Counted from the first letter of the stretch, positions 37,982-51,969 are shown. The stretch is 64,000 nucleotides of DNA from Amoebophrya sp. A120 (GCA_905178155.1 CAJINV010000003.1:4809863-4873862); one strand, 5' to 3'. The notes: generated by a model not told the origin, from the sequence alone. Numbers and translations: made by a program.

Positions 37982-40900
37982 TCAGTACTGCCTTGGCGCT
38001 TGGTTTCGCATTTGAACGTGAATCCGCTCGACCAATTCCAAGATCCGTGTATTTTGGTCTTCGAGCTGCGCGACCTGGTCCTCTACACGCCGCAGCCGGC
38101 GCCAATCCGCACTGCGGTCTGGGGATCCGCGCCCGTGATCGGCGCGAACGCGCTCCTGCACCTCCGTGAGTTGCTGTATCGCGCGGAGGATATTGTTCAC
38201 TTTCGCCTCCACCCGGTCACTCGCTTGGTACCGCTCGGCAAACCGGCTGTCCAGCCAGCGAAACCGGTCCTGCAGAAAGTCGCTCATCTGCCGTACACCC
38301 TTTTCGAGGCCCGCTGAATCGAAGCCCTTCGACTGCACCAGCTCGCCCGACTTTTCCAACAGGGTTGGCGCCAGCGCCATTTGTAACATCTCCGCCGACT
38401 GCGCGATCTGGTTCACATCGCTTTGCGGCGGGCCGGAAACTCCCCCACCGAACAACGGCGCACCGCCGGGACCGCGGAGGTGCGGTGGTCCGCCTGCTCT
38501 TGCGGGACTACTCCCTCCCCCGGCGTTGAACTTGAAACCGGTGCGACTCGGGATCATGTAGTCCAGCAGAGTCTCCATGTTCTCGGAAGCCCGTTTGGAG
38601 TAGGCCAGGGTCTTCGTGATCATGCGGCAGGCCATAGTCAGTGTGACTTCCTCCTCCTTCTCGTTTTCCGAAGCGTCGTGGGCGATGGCCATCGAGACCA
38701 AATACTCCGAGTTGTACTTACTCATGCGGGGGAAGGCGCGGCGCAAGGAGCGCGCGGAGACAAACTTGTCCGGGTGCGCTGGGTCGTCGTCGTCCTCGAA
38801 CTCGCAAAGCAGGTACCTAAAGAATCGATGCTGACCAGCATTGGGGGTTCCACCACAAGCTTGTTCCATGAACAGACACTCTACTCCGAGACAAGGATCG
38901 ATACGCGACCGAGGGGGGGTGTCCGAGATAAAATTGCAATGACTGAGAGAAAATATAAGGAGCCGAGCGCCAAGCACAGGCGCGAGATGAAACATATCGA
39001 CCATACCAGATGTCCAAATGGCCCTTGGTTTCGTTCATTTGCCGGTAAGTAGAGAAAGTCTGCTCGATGATCGTTTCTGCTCCCACCTGCTTTGCGTCTG
39101 CCTTCGCGAACTGGTTCATGACAATGGCGAGCAGGATGTTGAACATGATAATGGTGACCGACCACTGGAAAAGCCAAAACCACAGCGTGCCGCAGGCGAA
39201 GTCCAGCGCAGTGGCGCCATCTTGTCCAATCAATTCTTGAAAATCAAAATCTCCGAGCAAAATGGCGAACCCGGTGTTCAGCGAAGACGCCAGATCACTG
39301 AAGGCACGAATCCGGGACCCGAACAACGTCTGTGCTGTTGCCATGAACGCCAGAAAAATCGTCATGAACACCACGAAAAAGTGCGCGATATCCGAACTGC
39401 CATCCACGATGGTGCGCGTCACCACCTCAAGTCGCGGGTTCGCACGAAAACCCTTGAAGAACCGCAACATGATGATTAGCAGGTAGATGCCTGTGGTCGT
39501 CGTGTGGGGGGAAAATGATGAATGGCTTTCCGGTAAGGAGGGGAAAGGAAAATTTGATATTGACTTTCCGGTACTTAGCAGAGCTGCGATAGACATAGAT
39601 ACGTTTTCTTCAGCAGCGAAACGAGTCGCAAGTCAAAGTCATCTTTTATACCGATAAAGACGCGGAGCAGCTCGCAGGTGGCCGCAATGCCGTCCGCGGT
39701 TTCGTGGAGGTCGTCGAGCTGCTGGTAAAGCTGCTCGTACGTGTCCACGTCCGGGGCGTTGTCCACAATCTCGGTTGGCGTCAAATACGTTTGCTTCACG
39801 GAACTGTGAATCATCTGGTCCGCGGTCCCACTAACTTGCGGGAGCTTGTTGATGTGATCTCGAAGCGGGCCGCTCACCGAGAGCGCCATCTGCCAGAATA
39901 TTCCGGACAAGACAAAGCCGAAAAGGATTGACAGCCAATCTACCTGTGGTTCCAGTTTCGCCGTGCATCACGAGTACTAGCAGGTAAGAAAAGCCGAAAC
40001 GAATTTGAAAATCCTGCATATCATTTTTCCTCCTCCCATCCAAGCAAAAGTCGCAACATGACAACTTTTGCGGTACTTACCATGTTCCAAAACTCCCAAT
40101 AGTCGAAGAAACCGTCAACGCCATTTTTGATTGCGGGAATCAGCTCCTTGGATTCCGATATCATCATCTTGACGAGCAACTATCAAGTGCAAAAATGTCT
40201 GGGTCTGGAAGAGTGCATGTTTGTCATGCTTGTCTGGCATGACTCTTAAATATGTCATGCACGCTACCCAAGAGCTCCATTTTTCTGTGATGCAGAAACG
40301 CAGCTTGTCATGCAGAATAGGCAACACCTAGAGGCTCAGAAACTTGTCATGCTGAGCCAGCATTTGTGGCCTCATCATGAGACGCCACCCAGCATCACAA
40401 GTTTCCAGACCCAGACATTTTTACATTTGATAGCAACAGCACGTAGACCAAGTCCAGCAGGTACATGGTCCAGTGATGGTAGGGGTCTGCTAGAAAACTC
40501 GTCAGGCGATACCGTATCACGAAGAGGCCCTGCCGCCGCCACAGCAGTTCGAGATGCATTACCGTGAACATACCGTAGTGGGCGTTGTAGAACAGCGTTC
40601 GTATACGAATTTTCGTCGTCATACGGTTCAACCATACCTGCAGGAATAGCATATGCGAATGGGTCACTGTCATGTGCATGACAGACGTAAAACAAAGATT
40701 GATCTATGTCTATGTGCAACTGAAATCTTATTTGAATGAGAAACGAACTTTTCTCGCCGTCATCATTCAGAAACGAAGCGAGAATTGTCAAAATCAATGC
40801 AATTCATTACCGACTTCGACAAGTCGTCCGCCTTTGCGCGCATGTCTGATATTCTTTCTTGGTAGAGAAACCATTGCGTGAGTCTGCCTGTCTTTCCGAA

Positions 40901-41851
40901 GTCTTCTTCCACTTCTGCACCGTCCATGGGTTGACACTCCCCGTCCAGCTTGCCCGCGAACACCGCCTCCGGGTTGTCGACAAAGGCCGTAATCAAAGAA
41001 CCGCGGTTGTCGTAATAGGGGATCAGCTCGCCGGCCTGCATGCAGTCTTCACTCGCGACTGCGAATTTCTGCAGTCCGACGCCGCCTATTACTTGGTTGA
41101 AGGACGCCAGACGGCCGGGGACCGGAAAGTCGCGCACCAGCTCAGAATTCGTGCCCTGGCGAAACATCGCGTTGACGAAGCTGGTACTGAACCAGTCCCA
41201 GAACGTTGGCACGTCGTGGACGTCCCGCATCAAAAACGGGCCTTCGTGGTTGGAAATCCCGCCCTCGCCCGAGATTTCGTTTTGAATCGCCGCGTGGAGC
41301 TCGTAGGTTTGCCGGATCTCCAGGTGTGACCCCATCCAAGCGAGAAAGCACGTGAAGAAAACGAACGTGAAGGGCAGCGAGAAACAGGCATCGTTTTTGG
41401 TGAACTGGAATCTGAGATACGTGACCAGTTGGGGTCGCGTGCACTCCTCCTGCGTTCTAACGTCCTTTGCATTCCGGTCCCCGCGGACCTCCTTCAGCAC
41501 AATGTTGAAGACTAGGGATCCCTGCGTAATCGCTTTGAACAGCTCGTCGACGGATATGACGCCGTTCCCGTCCCTGTCGCAGTCCTCCGCCATTTGCCGT
41601 ACATTCTCTTCGGTCAGTTTGCTCCCGGGCATCGCACAGAGCACTAAGAGGTCGTCAACCGTGATCTCCAACGGCTCCGGCTCCCCGGTGAGAGGATTTT
41701 TCCTGCCCACCTTCTTCGGACACAGACACTCGAACAGCTCTTGCACCTCGGGACGCGTAACGGTGTGGAGTGTATCCGGCGACTGCAGCTTCTTGTACAC
41801 CGGGAGGCGCCCCAGCTGCTTGATGATGCGGTCAAACGTCGCCTCTGCCAT
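37982..41851 (-). CDS. Polycystin-2 (PKD2/TRPP)-like cation channel with N-terminal EF-hand and C-terminal coiled coil (~983 aa)
   Basis: EF-hand DCDRDGNGVISVDEL; PKD-channel motifs NQVIGGVGL, WLNRMT, FWNMVDW, LRFFKGFRANPRL, LLGDFDF, FNILLAIV; exons 41851-40811, 40637-40433, 40175-40081, 39943-39652, 39490-39007 and 38816-37982 (2952 nt; four GT-AG introns plus one introner). Confidence 0.88.
40181..40432. mobile_element. Introner-like TIR element, family A copy 2 (252 bp)
   Basis: 30-bp TIR with 2 mismatches; TSD GCAAC at 40176-40180 and 40433-40437; removal gives LVYVLL-LVKMMISE in the first channel helix. Confidence 0.94.
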
Positions 41852-42834
41852 CGTCGTTTTGTCTGTAGTGAAATTACATTTTGCACTGCAGGCTGTGCGC
41901 TGGCTACACAAAAACAGAAATTCTCTTGCGGAAGGCCGAAAAACCGCAGTCATCAGGCCGTACTACTAGCGTTCCCGGTTTAGGTCCAAAATGTCACTTA
42001 AAGCCTACGGCATACAAAGATTCTCGTCCTATTGGACCCGAAAGATGTGCTTAAACACTACCCAGCCTCCCGGGTTCGATGCCCATCGGTCTGGAAGACG
42101 ACGACGTGGAACTCCCATACTGCAAATAGGCTGATCCGTTCGACGACGCGAGGCTGTTGGCTTGCTGCATTTCCACATGCTACGTTTTCGCGCCAAGCCG
42201 TCCACCCGACCAACAGCCGCCCTACGAAAAGACAATGGAGATACAGATACTATCTTTGAAAGAGCAGAACTGGGGGAGCATGTTTTAGCTGCAGATTTTG
42301 TGAAACGTCTAGGAACATGAAAAACATATACGGTCTCTTCAATTCAAAGTTGTTTAGCAGAGCTTGTCGTGCAGAAGGATTGATACAGAGCTTGCAACGC
42401 CATGAGGGTTTCGTCTACAAGGGACCAGAGAAATGCTGCATTTCAGTCTATTTAGCACTCTTTACCTAGAACTCTCTCGAAATATTTGCCACACCATCAC
42501 GCGAAGGCATTGCGGCTTAGGCAACAAGTAAATGCTGAAAAACGCCCCATATAGTGAAACTTGCTGGGCGACAAGCCACCCATGCATTCCAAAAATTAAG
42601 CGAGCCTGTCGAAACTGAACAACGAGAGCCACCCAGAAACGGAAGACATCCTCATTTAATTGGCATCGCTCCTCCATGAGCTTGCTCACTGTCACACCAT
42701 GCACGGTGTCTGTTCAAGTTCAACATCATAGACGATCAACAAAGCAGTCGCCAATCAATCGACTTAGTGCTTGAAACGGAGCTGCCAGTCCCTCCGGATG
42801 GAAAAAAAAGATAAATATACACTGACACGCTGAA

Positions 42835-43527
42835 TCAATCAAAGCCGCCTGAGCACTCAGCCGAATTCTCTGCGTCACTTTTTGTCATAGCTTTGATGTT
42901 ATGCGCACCGCCGCACGCGTTGACGATATCCTGCTTTCTTCCGCACTGTTGTCCTGCTTCACTCCGCTGCTTTCCTTCACCCACCACCGTCGACTTGAAT
43001 CCGTCGAAGCGCTTACCGTTGCAACAGCACACCATCGCCTTTGTCGGTTTTTCTATTTCCCCGTGGATTTCGTGGACTTTCAGCATGACAGCATTTCGTG
43101 TGCTGGCACAGCACTCCGCGCAAACGACATCGCAGTTTTTTTCTGCTTCATTGTGGAGTGTGCCAATTTCCGTGTCCGAAAGTTTATCATAGTTGTTTCT
43201 CGACGGGAAGGCTGATGTGGTCCCATCAACGCACTCGCAGACAAAGTGGAATCCTCCCTTTTTCTCCTGATTGGTTGCAACTATGTTCCTTGCCAGGTTT
43301 GCCCCAGTAACGAACAGGGCAGTACCAAGTGGTTTCTGTTTATCTAAAATAGCGACAGCTGGATCTTCGGCATCACTTCCGACGACTGCCTGTCGTTCGT
43401 CTGTGGACTTGACCTCGTCCGCAAACTCGGTCTCGGCCACCGGGGGAGGCACTATCCCATGCACCGTGCCCACAGCGAAAGCCACGGTAGCTGCAAACAA
43501 CAGCTTCGTGGCAACCGCGAGGGCCAT
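42835..43527 (-). CDS. Secreted Cys-rich hypothetical protein (230 aa)
   Basis: Signal-peptide-like MALAVATKLLFAATVAFAVGTVHG; many Cys; single-exon ORF. Confidence 0.7.
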   Translation of the reverse strand: MALAVATKLLFAATVAFAVGTVHGIVPPPVAETEFADEVKSTDERQAVVGSDAEDPAVAILDKQKPLGTALFVTGANLARNIVATNQEKKGGFHFVCECVDGTTSAFPSRNNYDKLSDTEIGTLHNEAEKNCDVVCAECCASTRNAVMLKVHEIHGEIEKPTKAMVCCCNGKRFDGFKSTVVGEGKQRSEAGQQCGRKQDIVNACGGAHNIKAMTKSDAENSAECSGGFD

Positions 43528-43994
43528 TCTCGCATCCAGCTGTGGGCTGGCTCACATACTGTGGGCTTAAGTCTACAGCTTTGTTTCCGCGGGAGTGAGT
43601 GCCATCTTCTTGACTATCCACAATACCATCTGCGCAGCTGGCTTTAGAATTCTCCACTACGCGGGGAAAATTGAAATGCCAGTGCACTGTACTTCACGTG
43701 GCTCTCCACTAGCCGTCCTACAAATACATTCGGTCTCTCTCGTCAATAGTATCATCGCGCTCACGCTCTCAATAGCATCCTCGCCCTCTTTTTCTCAGTA
43801 CCATTTTCGCGTTCTCCAGGTGCACGTCGAGCTCGAGCCCGTAAGAACACCTCCTATCAACAAATGTTCATTTCTGTGAATTTTTCGTTTGATGCATCGC
43901 TACGACTTGTGCATTTGCTATCAGCACATACAGAGAAACGAGTGCGCGTCCCGAAATTTCACTGGCAAGCATCACATCCTGTGTTTCCGAAAGC

Positions 43995-44121
43995 GTAATC
44001 CAGTAATCCTGTGAACTAAGTAATCCTAAATCGGGTGCGTAATATGAATAAACAAACTAAGATGGGGTGATCCAAAAGTAATCCAAATAATGTTGTTCGC
44101 CAAAAGTAATCCAAGTAATCT
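43995..44121. repeat. Cluster of GTAATCC heptamers in an intergenic region
   Basis: Exact copies at 43995, 44003, 44020, 44078 and 44106; variants at 44067 and 44115. Confidence 0.6.
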
Positions 44122-44399
44122 AAATAAACACGCCCTAAACGGTGATGTGCTTGCGTGAAACAAAACGGCGGGTGAGACAAACAGACTCAACTTCTTTGTA
44201 CATACTGCAACATCTCGGCAATCGCTCACTTCGTATCGTGCATTTTTTACCGCCTTTCACATGGATTTTCGTTTTGTATTTCTCCTTCTTTCCGCGAATC
44301 CCGTTTTTTGTCTCCTTCTCCTTGAAGATCACCACCTAAAAATCTTACAAAATTCGAAATCGGTGGCGCCGTTTCCGCGCAAAAGAAACATCCAGCGCC

Positions 44400-47300
44400 T
44401 CACTTGTAGTGCGCCAAGGTCAGATCGACGTCGTCCGAGGCGTCCACGAGCGACACATTTTTGTCTGTGTCCGCGGAGATAGTTTGCAAAAATTGAATGA
44501 CCTCCTCGATCGCATCGATGTCGGTTTGCTTGGCCAGCATTGCGTTGTTGTACACATCGATTTTTTGCGCGCAGTTCCCGTAGTCTTCCAGCTCCTGTTG
44601 CGCGTCGTCCTCCGCAGTCTCGGCGTTTTCCAGGGCCGTCTTCTCGGTGGCGAGCTCCTTCGCGAGCTCGACCTTTTCGTCGGTTTTGCCGTTCTTCAGG
44701 TCGGTGAGCTCCTTGTGAGCCTCCGTCAGCTCCTCCTTCTCCTTGTCGCACTTCTCTTTGGACTCCGCGGCTTCGGCGATGGTGTCATCGAGGTTCTTGG
44801 CCAGGTTATCTTTGATCATCAGCAACATGGTCACCACCTTTGCGCCCCCAGACCGGCGGGCGGCCTGGTCCGTGAAGTCAGTGCTCTGCTGTATCAAATG
44901 CAAAAGTGTCTGGGTCTGGAATTATGCGGGTTTTCTATGACTCATGAGGTCTGGAATGCAGCGCCATGACAAACTCTGTGAGATCTCTACCTCTAGCATG
45001 CTGATCCTGCATGAGAAATTCCCTCTCAACTCGGTAAAAAACGACGGCTGTTGGTAATCACGCAACACAGATCTCTTGCATGATTCAGATTTAGCATGAC
45101 AAGTTCCATCCTCCCAGACCCAGAAATTTTTACATTTGATATGCTGCTTCTTGCTCTGATCACTTTCCATGCTGTTGTACTTGTCGTTGTAGTCGGCCTG
45201 TTATGGGATTTGCAATTACAGATTTGAAGACAAAAGTACTTAAGTGAAGACAGAGAGTGAGAAAAAGGTGGAAGAAGCGGTTCCTAAAAAAAACATGCGG
45301 TTGTAAGTTTTAAACACATAAGACACCTTGCGGTGCATACAATTCAAACCTTCTCACGAGGCAACTCACAGTTCGCGTCAGTGAGTGTTTCAACACGGAC
45401 ACTTTCACACAACGCTATTCACTACCTGGAAGTGTTCGTGCTCCTTTAAAGCGGCCAGGGCATCGTCGCCGTAGGCCTCAGCCAACTTCTCCGTGGCGGC
45501 TTCCACGGCAGCCTTCTCTGCTTCGATCTCCTCCTTTTGGGTCTTGAGCGTGCTCGCGGTCTGGGCGCAGTTGGAGTCCAGATCGGCCTTGGTCTTCTCA
45601 TTCACGGCCAAGTCGCCAATCACCTTCTTGATTTCGTCGTCGACGAAGCGAATGTCTTGCGTCGTCGCGGTGACGGCGTCCTCCGCGGCAACGCGGGCCT
45701 GCGTCGCTTCCTCCTTGGCCATCTCAAGCTTGTGCGTCGTCTCCACGCAGGTGTTCTTGGCGTCGTCGGTTTCCTTGATCTCCGTCTTCAGCGTTTCGAT
45801 CATCTCTTCGCACTTCTCGACGATCTTCTCCGTGGCGGTCAGGCCGGCGGCGGACGTTTGGGACAAAAAGGCCATGACCGCGCGCTTCGTTTCGGACGGA
45901 AGGCGGTGGATCTGGCGGGCGATGCGATCCACGCGGCTGGTCAGCGACATGCGGACCTTCGTCTTCATGCCCTGCTGGAGGAAGTTCGGGCTCGCGTTGT
46001 TGTCGCCGGCGACAATGGACTCCAAGATCGGGAGCGTCGCGTCAATGGCAGTCAGCTCCGCCTCGGCGTCCGCGACCTGCTTGCCGTAGAAACTGGAGCG
46101 TGCATCGCAGTCCGCCTGCATGTTGTCGAAGAACTCCACGTCGACGTCCATCTTCTGCTTCACGGCATTGTATTCCTGGAGTGGGATTCGTTCACATTGG
46201 AACTTCGCACCATCTGCACAGATTCCATTACGCCGAGACAGTTTGTAGTGGCAACACTAGCATAGCAGCTTGGGCACAAAAAAATGAAGCTCGTCTCTTG
46301 TTTATATTCTTGAAATAACAATCGAAAGCGCAAGTTTAAATTCGTACCTCGACATACTCGCCCTTCAACTTCATGTTTTCTGCTAAGATGCCTTCTTGTG
46401 TGCGCTTAATGAACTCGTGCTCGGAGATTGCCTGTTCTGCCAGAAGCATCTCTTTCGTGTACACCTTTCGGGCATTCACGTTCTCGATAGTGTCCTGCTG
46501 CAGGTCTACTGCGGTTTGCTTTTTTAGGTCGATCAAGTACCCTGCTGCCTGGCCCATCGTGCCCTCGCCCACAGCCTTGCCTGTGAGTTGCTGCACCAAT
46601 GCCAGGGTTTGCTTCATCTCTTCGGCTTCCGCCTGCAAAAACATGCTTTTTGGCTTGGACAGCACGCCGATCGCTTTGGACAACACGTTCAGGGTCTCGA
46701 TGTTTTCGCCTTTCCTCTTGGAAAACTCCGCGTCATCCGTCTCCATGCGCTGTTTTAGAGTTTCAGCGAATCACTGCAGCAGCGAAAAAATGCATTTAAA
46801 TGCGAAAGGTGTTGTCTCGTCAAACTAAACTCAGATTTAGAAAGAATCTCTGTCTGCAAACCTCCGAAATTCTCAGTTTTTAAAATTTCGTGACATTATT
46901 GCTCGACACATTAAAACCGCGCTACGTATTGTATCCGCGCTACCTTGGTGAGTTGTCCCTGCTTTTTCTTCTGCCCTGCGATGTTCTTCGTTTCGAAGGC
47001 GATCTGGAGCTCGGCCTCTGTGATCAGACTGGAACTAGTGCCGATCAATTTCGTGAGCTCGGTTAAGCGCGTCTTTGCGTCCTCGATGGCCTTTCCTCGT
47101 GCGGCTCCCTCTTCCTTGCAAAAGCACGCAAATTGGTCATACATACGCTTGTCGCGGTCGTTATCGGAGGCGATGTCCTTCTTCATGTCAAGCAGCAACT
47201 TGATTACTTTTCCAATCGCGCCCTCGGTCCCGTACTTTCCGGTCTTTACAGCCACCGGTGGCGCGCTACCGAGTGCGTCTGCGGCCTGTTTAGCTTCCGC

Positions 47301-47411
47301 CTCCAATGCGGCTTGGCGTGCCTTTTCATCCGCCTCCGGCTGGCCGAGGCGATCATGACGGCTGGCCGAGGCGGCCGCCGTGGTAGCAACGAGCAGCGAC
47401 CGCAACCGCAT
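44400..47411 (-). CDS. Secreted coiled-coil protein of the dinoflagellate/alveolate FLQ-processed type (trichocyst-matrix-like), ~720 aa
   Basis: Signal peptide MRLRSLLVATTAAASAS; IGKVIKLLLDMK..YDQFACFC; repeated FLQ motifs; exons 47411-46944, 46749-46348, 46175-45426, 45197-45142 and 44886-44400 (2163 nt, in frame). Confidence 0.75.
44892..45141. mobile_element. Introner-like TIR element, family A copy 3 (250 bp), inverted relative to the other family A copies
   Basis: 30-bp TIR with 4 mismatches; TSD TGCTG at 44887-44891 and 45142-45146; removal gives SKKQ-QSTDF; interior matches the reverse complement of copies 1 and 4. Confidence 0.93.
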
Positions 47412-48140
47412 TGACACACCTACCAAACCTAAATCTCCTACCAAGATCCTAAAAATCAACGGATCTTTTTTGCGAACGAAGGGAAAGTGCAAAAATAGAA
47501 CAACGGGGAAAAAATTTGGGATCGAAAGAAATCTAACTTGCGAGCGTCAGAGCCACAAAAGCAACACTAAGCGATCGAGCGCGAATTTTTCCGTCGGCAC
47601 ACTGTGCTTCCCACGGTGCCTTTGCGAATTTTTTTTTCGCATAAGCGTAGCAGCTGCTCTGGCAAAATCTTTCTACCTGGAAACCAAGCTCTGTCACAAT
47701 TCGTTCGGGAGAATGGGGACTTCTCCGGGTTTTGTTCGTAAACGTGTTACACTCGTACAAGGTAAATTAGTGGTGGGAAATTGGTACATTTGGGGTTTAC
47801 TACGAATTTCGTTTGTAATTTCAGCTCTCTAGCAGCGTTCAAGCACCGCTTTTGTTGCATTCCTGAGTCATAAATTTTCCAAAGTCTTACGTTTCATACA
47901 CCGCCCTCAGATGAGCAGCGGTGACTTCTGTTGCTTCTTGATTCTAAAACTAGTAAATTGGCTTTTTAGTTTTACATTAATTTTGAATTGTTGCAATCGG
48001 TGGCGATGTTCACACCGAGTGTACACTGGCGGTCATCTAAAGGAGCATGAGAATCTCTCTTCTACTACCATTCTAAATCAGCTCCTGCAGCAAGCGTAGC
48101 GCTCCCGCGCTCAACATACCACCTATGTTTTTTTCTCCAC

Positions 48141-50010
48141 CTACTTGAGCAAAGGCGGGACTTTAGGTTTTCCGAGGAGGCTTGCCCGCCACGGATCTAT
48201 GAGGTAGCGAAAATGGTCGGCTTTCCTCCTCTGATCCAGCGCCGAGAAGTCCAGAGACGCGGTGCCATATACGCGATCCCGATTTCGGTGCGGAACTTCA
48301 GCGGGTGTTGGTGCTGGATACCACGAGTAGCCCGCTTCGGGATGAATTCCTTTTCGTGGATTGCATATTGCAGGCGGTTTCGTGGGCGGGGCGTAGCTGT
48401 GCTCCTTCGGACCTCGCCAGATACTGTGTTTGATGTTTGTGTTCGGTTGCAGTTTCAAAAATTTAAAAACTGCTCGATACTCTAAAACATCAACCACTTC
48501 TTTCAAATTTTCTCTGGTCAATCCCTCAGCAAATTTTGAAATTGCTAAAAAGTCAGTACGTCTTCTTCCGCAGGTCGCGCTGCTTTTTTCTTTCCGTGTA
48601 GTGACCCGACGCGTGGTTCTGCACTGGCTTCTTCGTTATTTCTGCAAATTTCTTCATGTATCTCGCTTTGATCTCGTCACTCACCTGAATGTTCTCTATC
48701 CACGCCGGAGCTCCCTTCGAAAGCTTTTGCACTGTAGTTTTTTTGGTGAGCAGAATCTTTAGATGCGACTTTACTTTTGATCCACCGCACGACAAGCAGG
48801 CGTAATGAGACAGCCAAGCAATCTCGAGATCAACACCAACTCAAAACTGTTCGACGCCGCCTACACATGACATGCTGTTCCTTGTCGTGCGCACAATCCC
48901 GGAATAAAATTCAACAATCTTAAAATACTTGGTGGATCTTTTGCCAGTGGTATTTTCTCATCTTCTCGGGGCTCGGGCTGCAGCCGTGTCCTTCCGACAT
49001 TTTCTTCATCTCCCGGAACGTACCCAGTCCAACCTGTTTTTTTGTTCGACTTCATCAAGAAAGCTCGCAGGCTGGCTCCTCCCAGAAAAACATAATGGGA
49101 TGCGGAAAAAAACCCCGCGTATTTTGTTCCATTCGCATTCGAGGGCACGAATTATTAGTACTCACCTGGTGCTTGTTCGACCCTCGCGTTTATCGTGATT
49201 ATTGAAGTCGAAGCCCGCCGATCGCCGTGACTCGGGGCGGTCTGGGGCCGTTGCACCCATCTCTTCTTCTTCGTCGCCGGGTCTGTTTCTCGAATCGGCG
49301 GCTCTCTTTTGTGCACCGCCGGTGCTGCAATTGCCGTCTTCGGGCGCGCTTGTCTATTTGGTTTCGGGGTCTCTTTCGGAATTGTTAGGACTTCTTCCGG
49401 CTGGGGTGGCAACTTTCCGGTGTAGTACATTACCGCTGTGGCAGATTCTGGCCGACACAAGTGTCCCACCTGTTATTGAAATAGTGATAAAGCCATCACG
49501 CGGCTAAACTACGCGTTTCCCCAGGAGGGGCGCCCCGGCGAAAACTTTGCGCAAGTCTTCGCCTCTCAAGATATCCTTTCGTTTTCGCTCTGTTCTTACT
49601 ACGCCATTAAAAGAAGCGCTTACCTTTTCCCCGCGGTCGTATTCGTTGTAGTAGTCAGGACGCGGAAACTGCATCCAAGGCGGGCTGGGCTGGTAGTTGT
49701 GTGGGCGCCTTCGGTAGGAGGGCCCTGCCGATTTTGGTCGCACAGCGGCCGCCCAGAGAACGTCGCTTGCATTTTCCGCTCCCATTCTTCTACTGGCCGT
49801 GTTTTTGAAATTCTTTTCGTAATTACTGTAGCCCCCTAGCCGCACGTACGCCTCGACAAGCTCCGACGGTTCGTTTGCTTTGCACAAGTGTGGTCCTCCG
49901 TCGGGTCGTTGTGATCGCTGTGAACCTTGTAATCCCTCAGCAGGACATCACCAGAGCGTTGGGTATTGTTTTCATCTGGCGTATTTCGCGATAATCGAAA
50001 TAACGCTGAG
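48141..50010 (-). CDS. Multi-exon hypothetical protein, basic, with RPxSA/RPxTA motifs (possibly flagellar/axonemal)
   Basis: Chain of same-strand ORFs (49504-49887, 49155-49469, 48861-49148, 48553-48795, 48141-48521); motifs RPKSA, RPKTA, RPQTA, TGWTGYVPG; exon borders not resolved. Confidence 0.5.
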
Positions 50011-50705
50011 ACGCCTACGGAGAAAAGCGCCGCGGACGTGAGACGAAAGTAAGAATCGTACTGGGATCTTCCAATTTCGTTCGTTAAAATGCGATATTCT
50101 ACTTCCTGACACCTTCCTTTTTGAGACAAACAACTTGCATCTCTCGACCTCTTTGCTCTCCCTCTCCGATGGCGAAAAAACAAAAAAGAAAAACTCTCGA
50201 TCTCACTCAAATCGCAGCAAGAACGGCTTTTGTTTCATAAAAATTCGAATCGCTAATACATGACAAGGGACCATCTCGAGAATAATGAGGCCTGATTCGT
50301 TCTCCTCGCGATACTCCTCTGTTCTTGACAACTAAGTAGGATCAAACACACCAGGCCAAGCACTCTAACAGAAGAATCTATGGAAACGAAGAAAAGCGGG
50401 CGCGCGCTTCCGCCTCCCCTTCCGGCCATCGCGGTGCTGCATGGCAACATGGCGTCGACAAGAATCTTCAACAAAATCCTGATAGATAGGAATGGTGAAA
50501 CATGGTTACTTAGCATTGCATCTTCCAAATTGCGAGACATTATGTACATTGGAATTAGAAATTTATCTGTGGTGCTGAAAGTGGTAGAAGTATGGAGAAA
50601 CAGCTCGAAAGCATGTGATGTGTTGAACAGCAGTCGGAGAAAGACCAACAACGTACATAAAACAAAACCTAGTATACACGACACTCACAGCTGAAATAAT
50701 AAATG

Positions 50706-51969
50706 TCAACTACCGTACACTTTCGAGGCATGCCTGAGCTTGCTCGAATTCCTCGTCTCGCAGGAAAAAACTTGCCGCCGCTGCGGTAAAGTTTTCCGCG
50801 TGTAAAACTGGATCCAGCGCTGTGGGCACTCGGTAGAGGGCGGTCTGGTCCCCAGTGTGCACAAAATGCAGGATGTCCTCCTCCGGATCCGCGACAGCGA
50901 GCGACGAACTGCTTTCCGAAGCCGTCGGAGAAACGCCTGCACTTGTGGTACACGACGTCGTGGTGGAACTCGCTGCACTCCCTGCAATGCAATTTAAATT
51001 TCATTTTATGACACTTCACCACCTAGGCTCCTCGAATGTCTATGTCGTGTGCCATCGTGATCCTCGTCCATTTTTTCCTACTGTTTCTGATAAAAAAAAA
51101 TGAAAGAAATGCAAAAAGACGGAGAGGAAGCAAAACAGCTGCTTGCAGCGCCCGCTTTTATTTCAGAATCGGACTGCAGTTCGAAAAATAGCATTCACAA
51201 GAAACAGCGGTACGTTTCTCTGCGTGCCACTTGACTCTTGCCGTCCCCACCAAAGGTGGCAGCTTGTCCTGAACCCTTTTCGAATACGCCGCATCGCTCA
51301 AGGGAGACGACAGGGACCTCGGCTTCCGTCGCTTCTTGTTGGTTTTGGCAGCCGGATAAAATCCCACCTGCTGCAGGTACTTGGATTTGTCGCGGACAGT
51401 TACGGAGCGAGCTCGCGTGGTCACTTCACGTTCACCTCTACCGAGCATCGCAGCGCTGGACATAACACCTCCCGGTCCTCTTCGGCCGGTTGGCACTTCT
51501 GGGAGCGACGTGATTCCGCATCGTAGCTGCGCCTTCGACCAGCCAGTATCGCCTTGTTCTGCTGTTGCGAGGACAGGTGGCAAATGCAGCCGCTTCCTCT
51601 CACGCTGGTACATGTGGTCTAGTCTTTGTGCGCGCATGTCCATCACGTGCGAGCTCACGCTGCGCAGTTTCGTTCGTAGCTCGGTGGTCAGAGACTCAAG
51701 CGGCTCCGGACCCGCGACGAGGGACACGCTTTTCAAGGCCATCTATACGAATTTCTGATGCGTCGACCCAGAAGTGAAATTGACCTCCTTTTTCCAAGCA
51801 GGAAGCGAAGTCCAATTATGCAAAGAAAGTAGTCGGCTTGAACCTCTTCTACACGTTGATCTGCGTTTAGATTCACGTTCACCGGAGTATCCAGCGCACG
51901 CGTGAAGGCCTGCAACCGTCCTCGATGTAGAAACGCTGCTTTATTCAAACAAAGAAACAGCAGTAACAT
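50706..51969 (-). CDS. Multi-exon hypothetical protein
   Basis: ORFs 51733-51969, 51158-51742 and ~50700-50990; no recognisable domain. Confidence 0.35.

Noticed and set aside
42251-42484. Possible eleventh element (TAT...ATA ends, CTTGTCGTGCAGAA-like word inside)
   Set aside because: The IR is weak, flanks do not match (GATAC versus TTTGC) and no reading frame is restored; at most a decayed relic
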